Origin: a virus
Virus record (IMG/VR): IMGVR_UViG_3300012931_000017
Span: 33,415-97,414 of that record
DNA: 64,000 nt
Strand: one strand, 5' to 3'
The translations under genes and the position numbers were made by a program. How positions within the stretch are numbered: the first letter of the stretch is position 1; each line of letters starts with the position of its first letter. Shown piece after piece: positions 9,593 to 19,930 of the stretch. Under the pieces are notes generated by a model. It saw only the letters and a program-made list of their open reading frames with translations, ran no database searches and was not told where the DNA came from.

Positions 9593-11353
9593 ATGTTTGT
9601 AGAATTTATAGAACTAAAATATAAGAATTTCATCTCATTTGGAAGTCAATTAACAACTATATCCTTTGAAAAAGGGCTAAATTTAATAACAGGAAAGAAT
9701 GGTGGAGGAAAATCTGGTGGTTTACTTGATCCACTATCATTTTGCTTATTTGGAAAACCATATAGAAACATAAAAATTAGAGATTTGATCAATAGAGTTA
9801 ATAAGAAGAAACTATACACTGAATGTACTTTTAAGGTTAATGAAGATACTTTTACCATAATTAGAACTCAATTACCAGATTCTATTCAAATAATCAAGAA
9901 TGGTAGTGAATATAATTTAGAATCAGCAAAGAAGATAATTCAGGTTGAAATTAATAGAATTTTAGGAATTGACTATAATATGTTTCGCCAGATTATAGCT
10001 TTGGCTATAAACTTTAATAAATCATTTCTTGAGATGGATTCTGGTGAAAAGCGTGAAATAATAGAAAGTATAACCAATGTTAAAGTTTTAGCTGAAATGC
10101 TAAAACTTGTAAAAATAGATGTAAATAGTTTAAAAACTCAAGTTGACATTAACTTTAATACTATCAAAATTCTGGAGGAAAATCTTTTTTCAACTGATAA
10201 ACGAGTTAAAGAATTAACTTATGCCAAAGATAATTTTGAAAAAAATAAAACGGAAGATCTAGAAAAAATAGATTTAAGATTAAAAGACTACTCAAATGAA
10301 AAAAACGTTTATTTAAAACAATTAGCTGAAATTGAATTAAAAAAAGAAGATATTAAGAGTTTAGAAACACAATCTAAAGAAATAAATAAACAACTTGATA
10401 TTTTAACTAAAAAACTAAATGTTGATAAGTATAAGATTGAAGAGTCAGAAAAAAGTATTGAATTTTTAAATAAAAATGATATTTGTCCTATTTGTAATTT
10501 AAATTTAACCAAAGATCATAAATTTGAAGAAAAAAATAAACTTAATACTATTATTAGTTCTTGTAAAGAACATATAAAAAATAATCAGCAGGAATATAAT
10601 GATCTTAAAACCTCTCTAAACTCATTTAAACAGAGAATAATAGCTCAAACGGATATTAATCATAGATTATCATCAATTAATGATAAGATAACTTTTATAA
10701 ACAATGAAATAAAGAATAATGAAGTTAGAAGAATTGAAATTGTCAATAGAATATTTGATTTTGATTTAGAATCATTAAAAAATGAATTTGAACAAAAAAC
10801 TGATAATTATATTGACCTATTTAAGAAAAATGAACAAAATAGTCATGACTTACATAATTTTGAGGTTACTACTTCAATTTTATCAGATAATGGAATTAAA
10901 GCCTATTTCTTTAGAAAAATCATGCCTATTTTAAATAATAAAATAAACGAATACCTTAAAAAATTTGATATGTTGATTAAAATCGAAATTAATGAATTTT
11001 TAGAAGATAAAATATATAGTTTGGATATATCAGGTAATGAAATATCTTATTTTAGTCACTCAGAAGGTGAGAAAAAACGTATTGATATTTCAATTCTATT
11101 AGCTTTTATAGATATAACCAAATTAGTCTGTAATTGGGATTGTTCTCTTCTAATTTTAGATGAAATTCTCGATTCAAAGGTTGATGAGGATGGTTTAGAA
11201 ATAATGATTTCTTCACTGAAGAATTTGATAACTAATAATAAAAGTTTATGTGCTTATATTATATCACACAGACTACATGAATCTGATGCTTTTGATAGAC
11301 AATTTAGAGTATCTAAAGCTAGTGGCTTTTCAAGAATAGAACAATTATACTAA
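9593..11353 (+). CDS. gp46: gp46-like recombination nuclease subunit (Rad50/SbcC family ATPase)
   Basis: 'KYKNFISFGSQ...ITGKNGGGKSG...FCLFGKPYR' matches the T4 gp46 N-terminus, with a long coiled-coil middle. I moved the start to the ATG at 9593 (RBS AAAGGAG), which matches the T4 gp46 start. The track ORF begins 14 codons earlier at 9551. Confidence 0.85.
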   Translation: MFVEFIELKYKNFISFGSQLTTISFEKGLNLITGKNGGGKSGGLLDPLSFCLFGKPYRNIKIRDLINRVNKKKLYTECTFKVNEDTFTIIRTQLPDSIQIIKNGSEYNLESAKKIIQVEINRILGIDYNMFRQIIALAINFNKSFLEMDSGEKREIIESITNVKVLAEMLKLVKIDVNSLKTQVDINFNTIKILEENLFSTDKRVKELTYAKDNFEKNKTEDLEKIDLRLKDYSNEKNVYLKQLAEIELKKEDIKSLETQSKEINKQLDILTKKLNVDKYKIEESEKSIEFLNKNDICPICNLNLTKDHKFEEKNKLNTIISSCKEHIKNNQQEYNDLKTSLNSFKQRIIAQTDINHRLSSINDKITFINNEIKNNEVRRIEIVNRIFDFDLESLKNEFEQKTDNYIDLFKKNEQNSHDLHNFEVTTSILSDNGIKAYFFRKIMPILNNKINEYLKKFDMLIKIEINEFLEDKIYSLDISGNEISYFSHSEGEKKRIDISILLAFIDITKLVCNWDCSLLILDEILDSKVDEDGLEIMISSLKNLITNNKSLCAYIISHRLHESDAFDRQFRVSKASGFSRIEQLY

Positions 11354-11364
11354 AAGGACTAATT

Positions 11365-11745
11365 ATGGCTAAAATTTATGTTAAAAATAGTGAGTTTCTT
11401 GAACTTTTAAGAAAATTTGAAGAAACTAAAGATAGAAAAATATATGAAAAGCTAGGAAAGATTTTCATGTTAATTGCTCAGAATTTTTTAAATAAACCTT
11501 GGTTTATTAATTATACTGATGATAGAAAAGATGAAATGATTAGTGATGCTTATTATTGTATGATAAAGTATCGAGAAAATTTTGATCTTTCAAAAAATAA
11601 CCCATTTGCTTATTTTACAATGATAGCTCATAATGCTTTTCTTCAAAATATTAAAAAATATAAACTAAGACAAGAAAAATATATTAGTTTAGATTTAACC
11701 GAAACTTTAGATTATAGTCAGTCAACAATTATGATGGGTGAATAA
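11365..11745 (+). CDS. gp55: gp55-like late-transcription sigma factor
   Basis: 126 aa; 'IFMLIAQNFLNKPWFINYTDDRKDEMISDAYYCMIKYRENFDLSKNNPFAYFTMIAHNAFLQNIKKYK' parallels T4 gp55 ('[69 protein letters not shown]'). Confidence 0.7.
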   Translation: MAKIYVKNSEFLELLRKFEETKDRKIYEKLGKIFMLIAQNFLNKPWFINYTDDRKDEMISDAYYCMIKYRENFDLSKNNPFAYFTMIAHNAFLQNIKKYKLRQEKYISLDLTETLDYSQSTIMMGE

Positions 11746-12789
11746 ATGAAGATAGTTTTAATTAGTGATATTCATTTTGGAATAAAAAAGTCAGACAAAA
11801 TATTCTTAGAGAATCAACTTAATTTTTTTAAAAATGAACTTATTCCTTATATGCAAAATAATAATTTAACTACTATGGCTATTCTCGGAGATTTATTTGA
11901 TACCAGAAATAGTTTAAATTCTTATATGAAAAGTGAAGTTTATAAGTTATTTGAATATATAAATGATCAAAAAATTAAAGTTTATATATTTCCCGGAAAT
12001 CATGATATATACTTTAGAAATACTATAAATGTTCACTCATTAGATTTTCTTAAGAAATTTGAAAACGTAACCGTAATTGAAGATATAGAGCTTAGAACTA
12101 TCGAAAATAGACAAATATTATTCGTTCCATGGAGAGTTGATTATAATGACTTTAAACGAAGAGTAGCTAATAAAAACTTTCATTGTGATATTTGTCTTGG
12201 CCATTTTGATATTATAGGATTTCCTTACAATAATCATCAAATTTGTGAAGATGGAATCGAAACTAATATATTATTAAATAACTATTCTTTAACATTTTCT
12301 GGTCATTTTCATAAAAGAAATGTTTATAAACTTGGTAATGAAGAAGTAATAATGATTGGTTCCCCATTTCAACAAAATCGTGGTGATAAAAATGATGAAC
12401 GAGGATTTTGTGTTCTAAATTTAGAAGATTTAAAATATGAATTTATTAATTCTAAAGAAACTATCAAATTTATTGAATTACATTATCCCGAAGAAATACA
12501 GGAAGAATTAATAAAAGGTAATGTAGTTGATGTAAAAGTTAATTATGATGGTAATAAAATAGATGAAAAATTTCAAGATTATATAAAACTAATTGAAAAA
12601 TTTAATCCAGCTTATCCACCAAATATCTTTATAAATAATACACTTTTTGATAATGTTGATGATAATAATTATGAGATTAAGAGTTTATCAGAATTAATAA
12701 ACGAATTTATTGAAAATTTAAAAATAGAAAATAAACGAGAAATTAAAGAAATAATTGCAGATCTTTATACAAGAGTGAAAGGTGAATAA
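11746..12789 (+). CDS. gp47: gp47-like recombination nuclease subunit (Mre11/SbcD phosphoesterase)
   Basis: N-terminal 'MKIVLISDIHFG', 'GDLFD' and 'GNHD' calcineurin-like phosphoesterase motifs; adjacent to gp46. Confidence 0.85.
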   Translation: MKIVLISDIHFGIKKSDKIFLENQLNFFKNELIPYMQNNNLTTMAILGDLFDTRNSLNSYMKSEVYKLFEYINDQKIKVYIFPGNHDIYFRNTINVHSLDFLKKFENVTVIEDIELRTIENRQILFVPWRVDYNDFKRRVANKNFHCDICLGHFDIIGFPYNNHQICEDGIETNILLNNYSLTFSGHFHKRNVYKLGNEEVIMIGSPFQQNRGDKNDERGFCVLNLEDLKYEFINSKETIKFIELHYPEEIQEELIKGNVVDVKVNYDGNKIDEKFQDYIKLIEKFNPAYPPNIFINNTLFDNVDDNNYEIKSLSELINEFIENLKIENKREIKEIIADLYTRVKGE

Positions 12790-13982
12790 TGAAATTACCA
12801 ACTAGTGATATAAAAACATTTGAATATCAACTTAATAACCCTAATAAAGTTGTTAATAGTTCAATTAATGTTGAACAAAAAATTAAAAGGATGAATAAAA
12901 ATATAGTTATAGCCCATCCCTCTGATGCTACAGGCTGTGGTCATATACGTTGTTTATTTCCATTTAATTATTTAAACTCTCAATTCGGAAATGATGGATC
13001 TTTAGTTCCTTTTATTTCGCCACATTTTATATATCAGACTGATATTTTAATGAAAACTAGATCTATTTACTTTCAAAGAACCATGAGTATTCATCAATAT
13101 GAACATGTTTTGAAATATAAAGAAGCACAAAAGAAATATGGTTTTAAGATGGTTTATGATTTAGATGACTTCATTTGGGATGGTAAAAATCCTGGTGAGT
13201 GTATTCCTGATTATAACTTATCTTGTACTAAAATTGGTTTGGATGTAAAAGAAAATTCTTTAAAAATTATGAGACTAATGGATACTATTTGTGTAAGTAC
13301 TCAATTTTTAAAAGACTATTTGCAAAATGTAAAAGGTTTAACTAATAATATTGAGGTTGTTCAAAATACGGTTTCTAAATTTTTCTGGTTTGGTAATGGT
13401 AAAAGACCTCCTATTAAAAAAACTATTGAGAAACCTAAAGTGGTTTATACTGGTTCTCCATCTCATTATTGTAATATAAGAAGATTAAAAGGTGATTGGA
13501 ATAATGCTTTTCTTGATTGGACTATTAAAAATGTTAAAGATAATAAAATTGATTTATTAGTTCTTGGAGGTTTACCTTGGTTTTTTGAAACAATTAAAAA
13601 TAAAATAAAAGTTATAAATTGGGTTAATAGTTATCAATATCATTTACCAATTTTAAGATTTAAACCAGATTTTAGTTTATCTCCATTGGTTCCTAATTAT
13701 TTTAATTATTCTAAATCTAATCTGAAGACATTAGAAAGTTCTGCTGTTGGTGCTATTGCTATTGGTAATTCCTTTGATAATTCTATGCCTAGTCCTTATG
13801 ATGATAATATAGTTAAAATAAAAGAAAGTGTTAGTGTTGAACAGTTAGATGAAATATTTAACAAGTATAAAGAACCAGATCTATTCAATTCTACCATTGA
13901 AAATCAATATAAAATGTTGGATGGAGGTGGTTATTGGACAGAATCTCCAAAATATATTGATAAATTAAATTCAATTTTATAA
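12789..13982 (+). CDS. hypothetical protein (397 aa), possible GT-B-fold glycosyltransferase in the position T4 a-gt occupies after gene 47
   Basis: Weak 'ESSAVGAIAIG' resemblance to the GT4 E..G motif; synteny only. Confidence 0.25.
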   Translation: MKLPTSDIKTFEYQLNNPNKVVNSSINVEQKIKRMNKNIVIAHPSDATGCGHIRCLFPFNYLNSQFGNDGSLVPFISPHFIYQTDILMKTRSIYFQRTMSIHQYEHVLKYKEAQKKYGFKMVYDLDDFIWDGKNPGECIPDYNLSCTKIGLDVKENSLKIMRLMDTICVSTQFLKDYLQNVKGLTNNIEVVQNTVSKFFWFGNGKRPPIKKTIEKPKVVYTGSPSHYCNIRRLKGDWNNAFLDWTIKNVKDNKIDLLVLGGLPWFFETIKNKIKVINWVNSYQYHLPILRFKPDFSLSPLVPNYFNYSKSNLKTLESSAVGAIAIGNSFDNSMPSPYDDNIVKIKESVSVEQLDEIFNKYKEPDLFNSTIENQYKMLDGGGYWTESPKYIDKLNSIL

Positions 13983-13987
13983 ATTTG

Positions 13988-14020
13988 TTGACAATTATAT
14001 TTTAAAATTTAATATTATCA
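13988..14020 (+). promoter_or_regulatory. conserved early-promoter element
   Basis: TTGACAATTATATTTTAAAATTTAATATTAT. Confidence 0.6.
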
Positions 14021-14052
14021 GAAAATTAAACAAAACGAGGTAAGTAAAAACA

Positions 14053-14520
14053 ATGAATTATATTGAAGCACCTAATTATAATTACAATAAAAATCAAAAG
14101 TCTTTATTTTTAGCAGGTTCAATTACTGATTGTCCTGATTGTCCTAATTGGCAACAAGAAGTTATTAATAAACTAAGACCTTTGGACATTAATATCTTCA
14201 ATCCAAGAAGAGCTAATTTCCCAATTAAAGATCCTAATGCAGCATTAGAACAAATAAAGTGGGAATTTAATATGCTTAGAAATGCTGATATAATTTCTTT
14301 TTGGTTTAGCAAAGAAACTCTAGGCCCTATAGTTCTTTATGAATTAGGTGCACATTCAATGACTAATAAACCAATAATAATTGGAATAGATCCTGATTAT
14401 AAAAGAAAACAAGATGTAGTTATTCAGACATTATTAATTAGACCAGAAATTCAAATAACATTTAATTTTGACACATTCATCAATAATATCGAATTTTATA
14501 TAGGAAATAATTTAAAATGA
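14053..14520 (+). CDS. nucleoside 2-deoxyribosyltransferase-fold protein (NDT/Rcl-like)
   Basis: 'LFLAGSI' N-terminal motif and C-terminal 'GPIVLYELGAH...KPIIIG', which resembles the NDT catalytic-Glu region. Confidence 0.45.
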   Translation: MNYIEAPNYNYNKNQKSLFLAGSITDCPDCPNWQQEVINKLRPLDINIFNPRRANFPIKDPNAALEQIKWEFNMLRNADIISFWFSKETLGPIVLYELGAHSMTNKPIIIGIDPDYKRKQDVVIQTLLIRPEIQITFNFDTFINNIEFYIGNNLK

Positions 14521-14903
14521 GTAAAAAAGTGTTTCTTGGAGGGACTTGTAATAATTCTACTTGGAGAGATAAATTAATTCCAAAACTTAAAATATCTTAT
14601 TTTAACCCAGTTGTAAAAGATTGGACTACACAATGTCAAAAAGAAGAGATTAAACAAAGAGAAACTTGTGATTATTGTCTCTATGTTATTTCAAAAGAAA
14701 TGACTGGAGTTTATTCTATAGCTGAAGTTGCTGATGATTCAAATAAAAGACCTAATAAAACTATTTTTTGTTATTTAGTTGATGGATTTTCTTCTGCACA
14801 ATTAAAATCATTAGAAATGGTTGGTCAAATGGTTAAAAATAATGGTGGTACATTTTTGTACTCTTTGGATGATGTAGCTAATTATTTAAACTCTAATAAT
14901 TGA
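14517..14903 (+). CDS. second NDT/Rcl-fold paralogue, translationally coupled to the first
   Basis: 'VFLGGTC...' and 'GVYSIAEVA'; ATGA overlap with the upstream gene. Confidence 0.4.
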   Translation: MSKKVFLGGTCNNSTWRDKLIPKLKISYFNPVVKDWTTQCQKEEIKQRETCDYCLYVISKEMTGVYSIAEVADDSNKRPNKTIFCYLVDGFSSAQLKSLEMVGQMVKNNGGTFLYSLDDVANYLNSNN

Positions 14904-14916
14904 AGGAATCAGAATA

Positions 14917-15321
14917 ATGAACTCAAATTTACATCTTTTTAAACTTGGAATTTTATCTCAATTAGAATTAATGTCTGAATCTTGTAATGAAAATTACGAT
15001 TATTATAATTGGTTAGAAAATAAAAGAACTATAAAACTTCAACTTCCAAGACAGTGTGGATCTACTACATTAGCTATAGAACTTCAAAAAGAATTACCTA
15101 AATCTGTGATTTTTACATTTAGTCCCTATATTGCGTGTCAATTAAAACGATTAAACATTCCAGTTATTGATACCAGTAATTTATATAGAGAAATCTGCGG
15201 TTGTAATTTTGAAACTTTTATTTATGATTGTCCTAAACTTTTTAAACCCGAATTTTTTAAAAATATTGAAGAATTTCAGTTCAACGTAAATTTAAAAATC
15301 ATACAACTCGGTCAAATTTAA
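14917..15321 (+). CDS. hypothetical protein (134 aa)
   Basis: ORF track only. Confidence 0.3.
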   Translation: MNSNLHLFKLGILSQLELMSESCNENYDYYNWLENKRTIKLQLPRQCGSTTLAIELQKELPKSVIFTFSPYIACQLKRLNIPVIDTSNLYREICGCNFETFIYDCPKLFKPEFFKNIEEFQFNVNLKIIQLGQI

Positions 15322-15340
15322 TTCAAGAAAGTAAAAAAAA

Positions 15341-16237
15341 ATGAATCCTTCAGATTTGAAACCTAAGTCAAATGTCTTAAGTATAAGTCATTTTGATTTT
15401 GATGGTGTTAGCTGTGCTATAGCTTTAGCGGGATATTTTAAAAATTTGAAATGTAAAAGCTGTACATTTTCAAATATAGATGGAATGTTGAAAAAAACTA
15501 ATTTTGATGATTATGATGCTGTATTCCTTACTGATTGTCATCCTAAAGATGAACATTTGATGAATATTTCTGATAAGTTAATAGTTCTTGATCATCATCC
15601 ATTTGTAGATGAGATAACTAGAGAAAATGTATATTCTATAACCGATAATTGTGCTGCAATATTAACTAAAAATTGGTTAGAAGCTACTTATAATATTAGT
15701 ATATCACATTTAGATACATTTTTGAAATATACTGATGATTATGACCGATGGATTCATCAATATAAGAAGAGTAAAATGATAGAATGTCTATTCTGGAGAT
15801 ATGGGTACTATAATTTTAAAGATAGATTTATAACAGGTTCTACGCAGTTTAATCAAGACGAAATAACCTATATTAGACAACAAATGGCTGACTTCAATAA
15901 AATATATAATGAACTAGAACTTTTTGAATTTGAATCTATAAATGCTTGTTTAACTTCAACTAATAAATTTATTAACGATATATCTGACAAAATGCTATAT
16001 TATGATAATTATCAACTAACTGTAGTAAGAAATTCAAAATCTGGTCATACTTCTGTTAGAACTAGAAAAGATAATAATATTAATATTGGTGAAATACTTA
16101 AAGATTTGGATATTGGTGGAGGCCACCCAAAGGCAGGAGGTTTGGCTGTTGATCACAAAGAACTCGAAACTCTTATAATTGATTTAAACAAATTGGAAAA
16201 ATATCTTTATGATAATTTTAAAGAAATCCGAAAATAA
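15341..16237 (+). CDS. DHH-family phosphoesterase (NrnA/RecJ-like)
   Basis: 'HFDFDGVSCA' (DHH motif I-like), 'VFLTDCHP', 'LIVLDHHPF' (DHH motif III), C-terminal 'GGGHPKAGG' (DHHA1 GGGH motif). Confidence 0.55.
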   Translation: MNPSDLKPKSNVLSISHFDFDGVSCAIALAGYFKNLKCKSCTFSNIDGMLKKTNFDDYDAVFLTDCHPKDEHLMNISDKLIVLDHHPFVDEITRENVYSITDNCAAILTKNWLEATYNISISHLDTFLKYTDDYDRWIHQYKKSKMIECLFWRYGYYNFKDRFITGSTQFNQDEITYIRQQMADFNKIYNELELFEFESINACLTSTNKFINDISDKMLYYDNYQLTVVRNSKSGHTSVRTRKDNNINIGEILKDLDIGGGHPKAGGLAVDHKELETLIIDLNKLEKYLYDNFKEIRK

Positions 16238-16242
16238 TTGAT

Positions 16243-16275
16243 TTGACAATTATACTTTAAAATTAGATTTTAAAT
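16243..16275 (+). promoter_or_regulatory. conserved early-promoter element upstream of the DNA polymerase
   Basis: TTGACAATTATACTTTAAAATTAGATTTTAAAT. Confidence 0.6.
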
Positions 16276-16294
16276 CATAAAGAAAGGCAAAAAG

Positions 16295-18838
16295 ATGTTT
16301 AAAAGATTAAATGTAAACCAATATAGTGGTAAGGTAGATCTTTGGGAAAGTATTGAAGGAAGAACTTATCATAGAGAATTAGAACCAGATTTTACTTATT
16401 ATATTCCTGATAAGAGTGGTAGTTCAGATATAAAAGATATTTATGGTAATCCCGTTATAAAGAAAACTGCTAAGTCGTTCAATGAAATAAAAGAATTCAA
16501 AAAAACTGGTGTTAAATGTTGTGAAACTGATATTTCACCAACTACTAAATTTCTTCAGTCTTATTATAAAGATCAAGATTTAAAAGTTGATATGAATAAT
16601 ATTAATATTTGCACTTTGGATATTGAAATAAGCAGCTTGGAATTTCCCGATCCACAATACGCAAAATATCCGATAGATTTAGTTACGATGCACTTTTCTC
16701 AAAGTAATAGAACTGTAACATTAGGTTTAAAAGAATATACGGGTTCATCATCAGTAGTTAAGGAATATTATTGGATACCTGATGAGAAAAAACTTATTGA
16801 AACAATGATTGATATTTTTAGAAAAGAAAAGGTTGATATAATAACGGGTTGGTATGTAGAAACTTTTGATTGTCATTATATAGTTAATAGAAGTAATATT
16901 CTTCACATTGAATCAAATTTTTCTCCTCTTAATAAAGTATCAATAAGGGAAAAAGAAGTAGCTGGACAAACTACATTTTCTGTTAAATTTGATGGAATAA
17001 CCATTCTTGATTATATGGAACTATACAAAAAATATACCTTTGAATCTCAAGAAACCTATACATTACAAGCTATAAGTAAATTAGAAATTGGTGAAGGAAA
17101 GAATGATTATGAAGGTGTAATAAATGACTTATCGGATAGAGATTGGAATGGCTATGTAGAATATAATGTTCAGGATGTTTTATTAGTTACAAAACTAGAA
17201 CGTGGTAATCCTGATGCAAAAGAAACCAAATATAGGTCTGGTCTTAAATTTATTGAATTGGCTATAACAATGGCTTATGAAGCTAGAATTTCTTTTGATG
17301 ATATATTTTCACAAATGGCTGTTCTTACTGGTTATATTTTAAGATATTTGCATTCAGAAAATTTGGTTTTACCTGATAAAGTATATAAAGTGAAGGATAA
17401 GTTACCTGGTGCTTATGTATTTGCAAAAACTGGTAAATTTAAAAATGTAATTTCTTTTGATGTAGAATCTATGTATCCTAGTTTAATTAGATCATTTAAT
17501 ATTGGTCCTGATACTATTATTGTAGATCCTACTGAAGAAGAAAAGAAAATATGTTATTCGACACCTTTATCTGAATATAAAACCTGGGATATGGCTGATG
17601 GTTCATCTATTCATATTGGTGGAATTTATTATAGAAAAGATAAAATTAGTGTATTGAATAAGATAGTTTCTAAGATATTTTTAGAAAGAAAAGAATTTAA
17701 AAATCAAAAAAATAAAGCAAAGAAAGAAGGAAGATCTGATTTAGTTGAATATTATGATAAACAACAAATGATTCGTAAGATTTTGATTAATAGTATGTAT
17801 GGTGTATTAGGTAATGAACATTTTCATTTATTTAATTTAAATTGTGCTACAACTATTACTTTAGGTGCTCAACATTTAATTAAATACTTATCTCAAACTA
17901 CCAATGATTATTTTAAAAATTATTTCTATTTAGATACTAATTATTTTCCAATTACAGATGAAAGTAATAAACTACAAGAGGATTTGATTAGTTTAATAGA
18001 TACAGACTCAAATTTCTTTTGTTTTGATGAACTTATTAATAAACTTAATTTAAAATTTAATGATAATTTTGAGATGATGGATTGGATAAATAAATTAGAT
18101 AAAACTGTAATTAAACCATTATTTGATGATATATTGAAGTTATATTTTGATAATTATGGTGCTGAAGGTAAGATAAATTTTAAACGTGATAAAACCATAA
18201 CTGATATGTTAATATTAGCTAAGAAAGCTTATATAATGAGAGTTATAGATATTGAAGGTGAAACGTTTAATGAATATAAATTAAAAATAACAGGAACTGA
18301 ACTTAAAAAGAAATCTACTCCAAAATTTTGTAGAGATAATTTATTAAAGTTAGTTGATAAGATGTTTGATGTTGATAAAGATATTATAATTAAAGAAATT
18401 TCTAATTTTAAGAAAATCTTCAAATCTGTTAATATTAATGAAATTTCTTCATTAAAGGGAGCTAAAGAGTATTCTAAATATGCTAAAGATATTGGCTATT
18501 ATATTAAAAATGGTTTAGATTACACAAAAGGTTGTCCTATGCAGGTTAGAGCTGCACAAAATTATAATTATACTATTGCTAAATATAAACTAAAACTTAT
18601 ACCTATTGGAAATGGTGCAAAAGTTAGATTTATACCAATTAAGAATAATAACTACCTAAAAGATGATATTATTGGTTGGATAGGTTCATATCCTGAAGAA
18701 TTTAAAGAAATATTCAAGATTGATTATGATCTACAGTTTGAAAAGACTTTTCTTGCAACTATACAAAATATATTTAATATAGTTAATTGGGGAGAAATAA
18801 ATTTAATGAAAAGTAAAATGGACAAATTTTTACTTTAA
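16295..18838 (+). CDS. gp43: family-B DNA polymerase (T4 gp43-like)
   Basis: Exo motifs 'CTLDIEI' and 'YNVQDV'; pol motif A 'DVESMYPSL'; motif C 'LIDTDSNFF'; 'KILINSMYG'. Confidence 0.9.
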   Translation: MFKRLNVNQYSGKVDLWESIEGRTYHRELEPDFTYYIPDKSGSSDIKDIYGNPVIKKTAKSFNEIKEFKKTGVKCCETDISPTTKFLQSYYKDQDLKVDMNNINICTLDIEISSLEFPDPQYAKYPIDLVTMHFSQSNRTVTLGLKEYTGSSSVVKEYYWIPDEKKLIETMIDIFRKEKVDIITGWYVETFDCHYIVNRSNILHIESNFSPLNKVSIREKEVAGQTTFSVKFDGITILDYMELYKKYTFESQETYTLQAISKLEIGEGKNDYEGVINDLSDRDWNGYVEYNVQDVLLVTKLERGNPDAKETKYRSGLKFIELAITMAYEARISFDDIFSQMAVLTGYILRYLHSENLVLPDKVYKVKDKLPGAYVFAKTGKFKNVISFDVESMYPSLIRSFNIGPDTIIVDPTEEEKKICYSTPLSEYKTWDMADGSSIHIGGIYYRKDKISVLNKIVSKIFLERKEFKNQKNKAKKEGRSDLVEYYDKQQMIRKILINSMYGVLGNEHFHLFNLNCATTITLGAQHLIKYLSQTTNDYFKNYFYLDTNYFPITDESNKLQEDLISLIDTDSNFFCFDELINKLNLKFNDNFEMMDWINKLDKTVIKPLFDDILKLYFDNYGAEGKINFKRDKTITDMLILAKKAYIMRVIDIEGETFNEYKLKITGTELKKKSTPKFCRDNLLKLVDKMFDVDKDIIIKEISNFKKIFKSVNINEISSLKGAKEYSKYAKDIGYYIKNGLDYTKGCPMQVRAAQNYNYTIAKYKLKLIPIGNGAKVRFIPIKNNNYLKDDIIGWIGSYPEEFKEIFKIDYDLQFEKTFLATIQNIFNIVNWGEINLMKSKMDKFLL

Positions 18839-18850
18839 GGAGAATTTTTA

Positions 18851-19930
18851 ATGGCTAAAAGTACAACTACAGATTCAGGTAAAAAATTAGTAGATTTATT
18901 AATGAAAAATTCAAAGTCTAAGTTTACTTCAAGGATTGATAAATCGAACTATTTTAATGAAGAAAAGGAATTAGTAACTACTGATATTTTGTTATTAAAT
19001 ACAGCTCTGTCTGGATCATTAGATGGTGGATTAGGTAATGGCGTAACAGCAATTGCTGGTGAATCTAAAAGATTTAAAACTATGTATGGTTTATATATGG
19101 TTAGTGCTTTCCTTAAAAAATATAAAGAAGGTATTTGTATATTTTATGATACAGAAGGTGGAGCTAGTAGAGACTATTTTGAATCGTTTGGTATAGACTT
19201 ATCTAGAGTTATTTGGGTTCCTATATCTACAGTAGAAGAATTAAAAACTGAAGTAGTTAATCAGTTAGAATCACTCAAGCAAATTGATGATCCAACTAAC
19301 AAAGTTATTATTTTTATTGATTCTGTTGGAAATTTAGCTTCATTGAAGGAAACTGAAGATGCATTAGAAGGTTCTAATAAAGCTGATATGACTAGAGCTA
19401 AACAATTAAAAAGTTTTTATAGAATTGTTACACTTCCAACTAAATTACTTAATATTCCTATGGTTGTTATAAATCATGTTTATAAAACTATGGCGTTTAT
19501 ATCAGAAGATGTAATGTCTGGAGGAACTGGAGGAACATTAGCTGCCGATACTATTATATTCATTAACAAAAGACAGATTAAAGATTCTGAAAAAGATCTT
19601 GAAGGTTTTACTTTTGAATTAAAGATTAATAAATCGAGATTTGTTAGAGAAGGTTCTAAATTTCCTATTAATGTTTATTTTAATGAAGGTATAGCCAAAT
19701 ATAGTGGTTTAGATGAATTAGCTGAAGATCTTGGTGTAATAACTACTGGTAAAAATGGAAAAAGTAAAACTTTAATATTCGATAAAATGGAAATTCCTGA
19801 AAAAGAAAATGATAGAAATGAGGAATTTTGGAGTTTTGTTGTTGATAATTCGGATTTGAATGAAAGAATAAAAAATAAATATAAGATTTGTTCTCCAAAA
19901 ATAGAAAGCGATACAGTTACTGATGAATGA
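18851..19930 (+). CDS. uvsX: UvsX RecA-like recombinase
   Basis: Runs of near-identity to T4 UvsX: 'IFIDSVGNLASLKETEDALEG...DMTRAK', 'NHVYKTMAF...MSGGTGG', 'ADTIIFINKRQIKD'. Confidence 0.9.
   Translation: MAKSTTTDSGKKLVDLLMKNSKSKFTSRIDKSNYFNEEKELVTTDILLLNTALSGSLDGGLGNGVTAIAGESKRFKTMYGLYMVSAFLKKYKEGICIFYDTEGGASRDYFESFGIDLSRVIWVPISTVEELKTEVVNQLESLKQIDDPTNKVIIFIDSVGNLASLKETEDALEGSNKADMTRAKQLKSFYRIVTLPTKLLNIPMVVINHVYKTMAFISEDVMSGGTGGTLAADTIIFINKRQIKDSEKDLEGFTFELKINKSRFVREGSKFPINVYFNEGIAKYSGLDELAEDLGVITTGKNGKSKTLIFDKMEIPEKENDRNEEFWSFVVDNSDLNERIKNKYKICSPKIESDTVTDE

Noticed and set aside
9646-10512. Minus-strand ORFs 9646-9858 and 10309-10512
   Set aside because: Antisense within gp46.
14094-14312. 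72-aa minus-strand ORF
   Set aside because: Antisense within the first NDT-fold gene.
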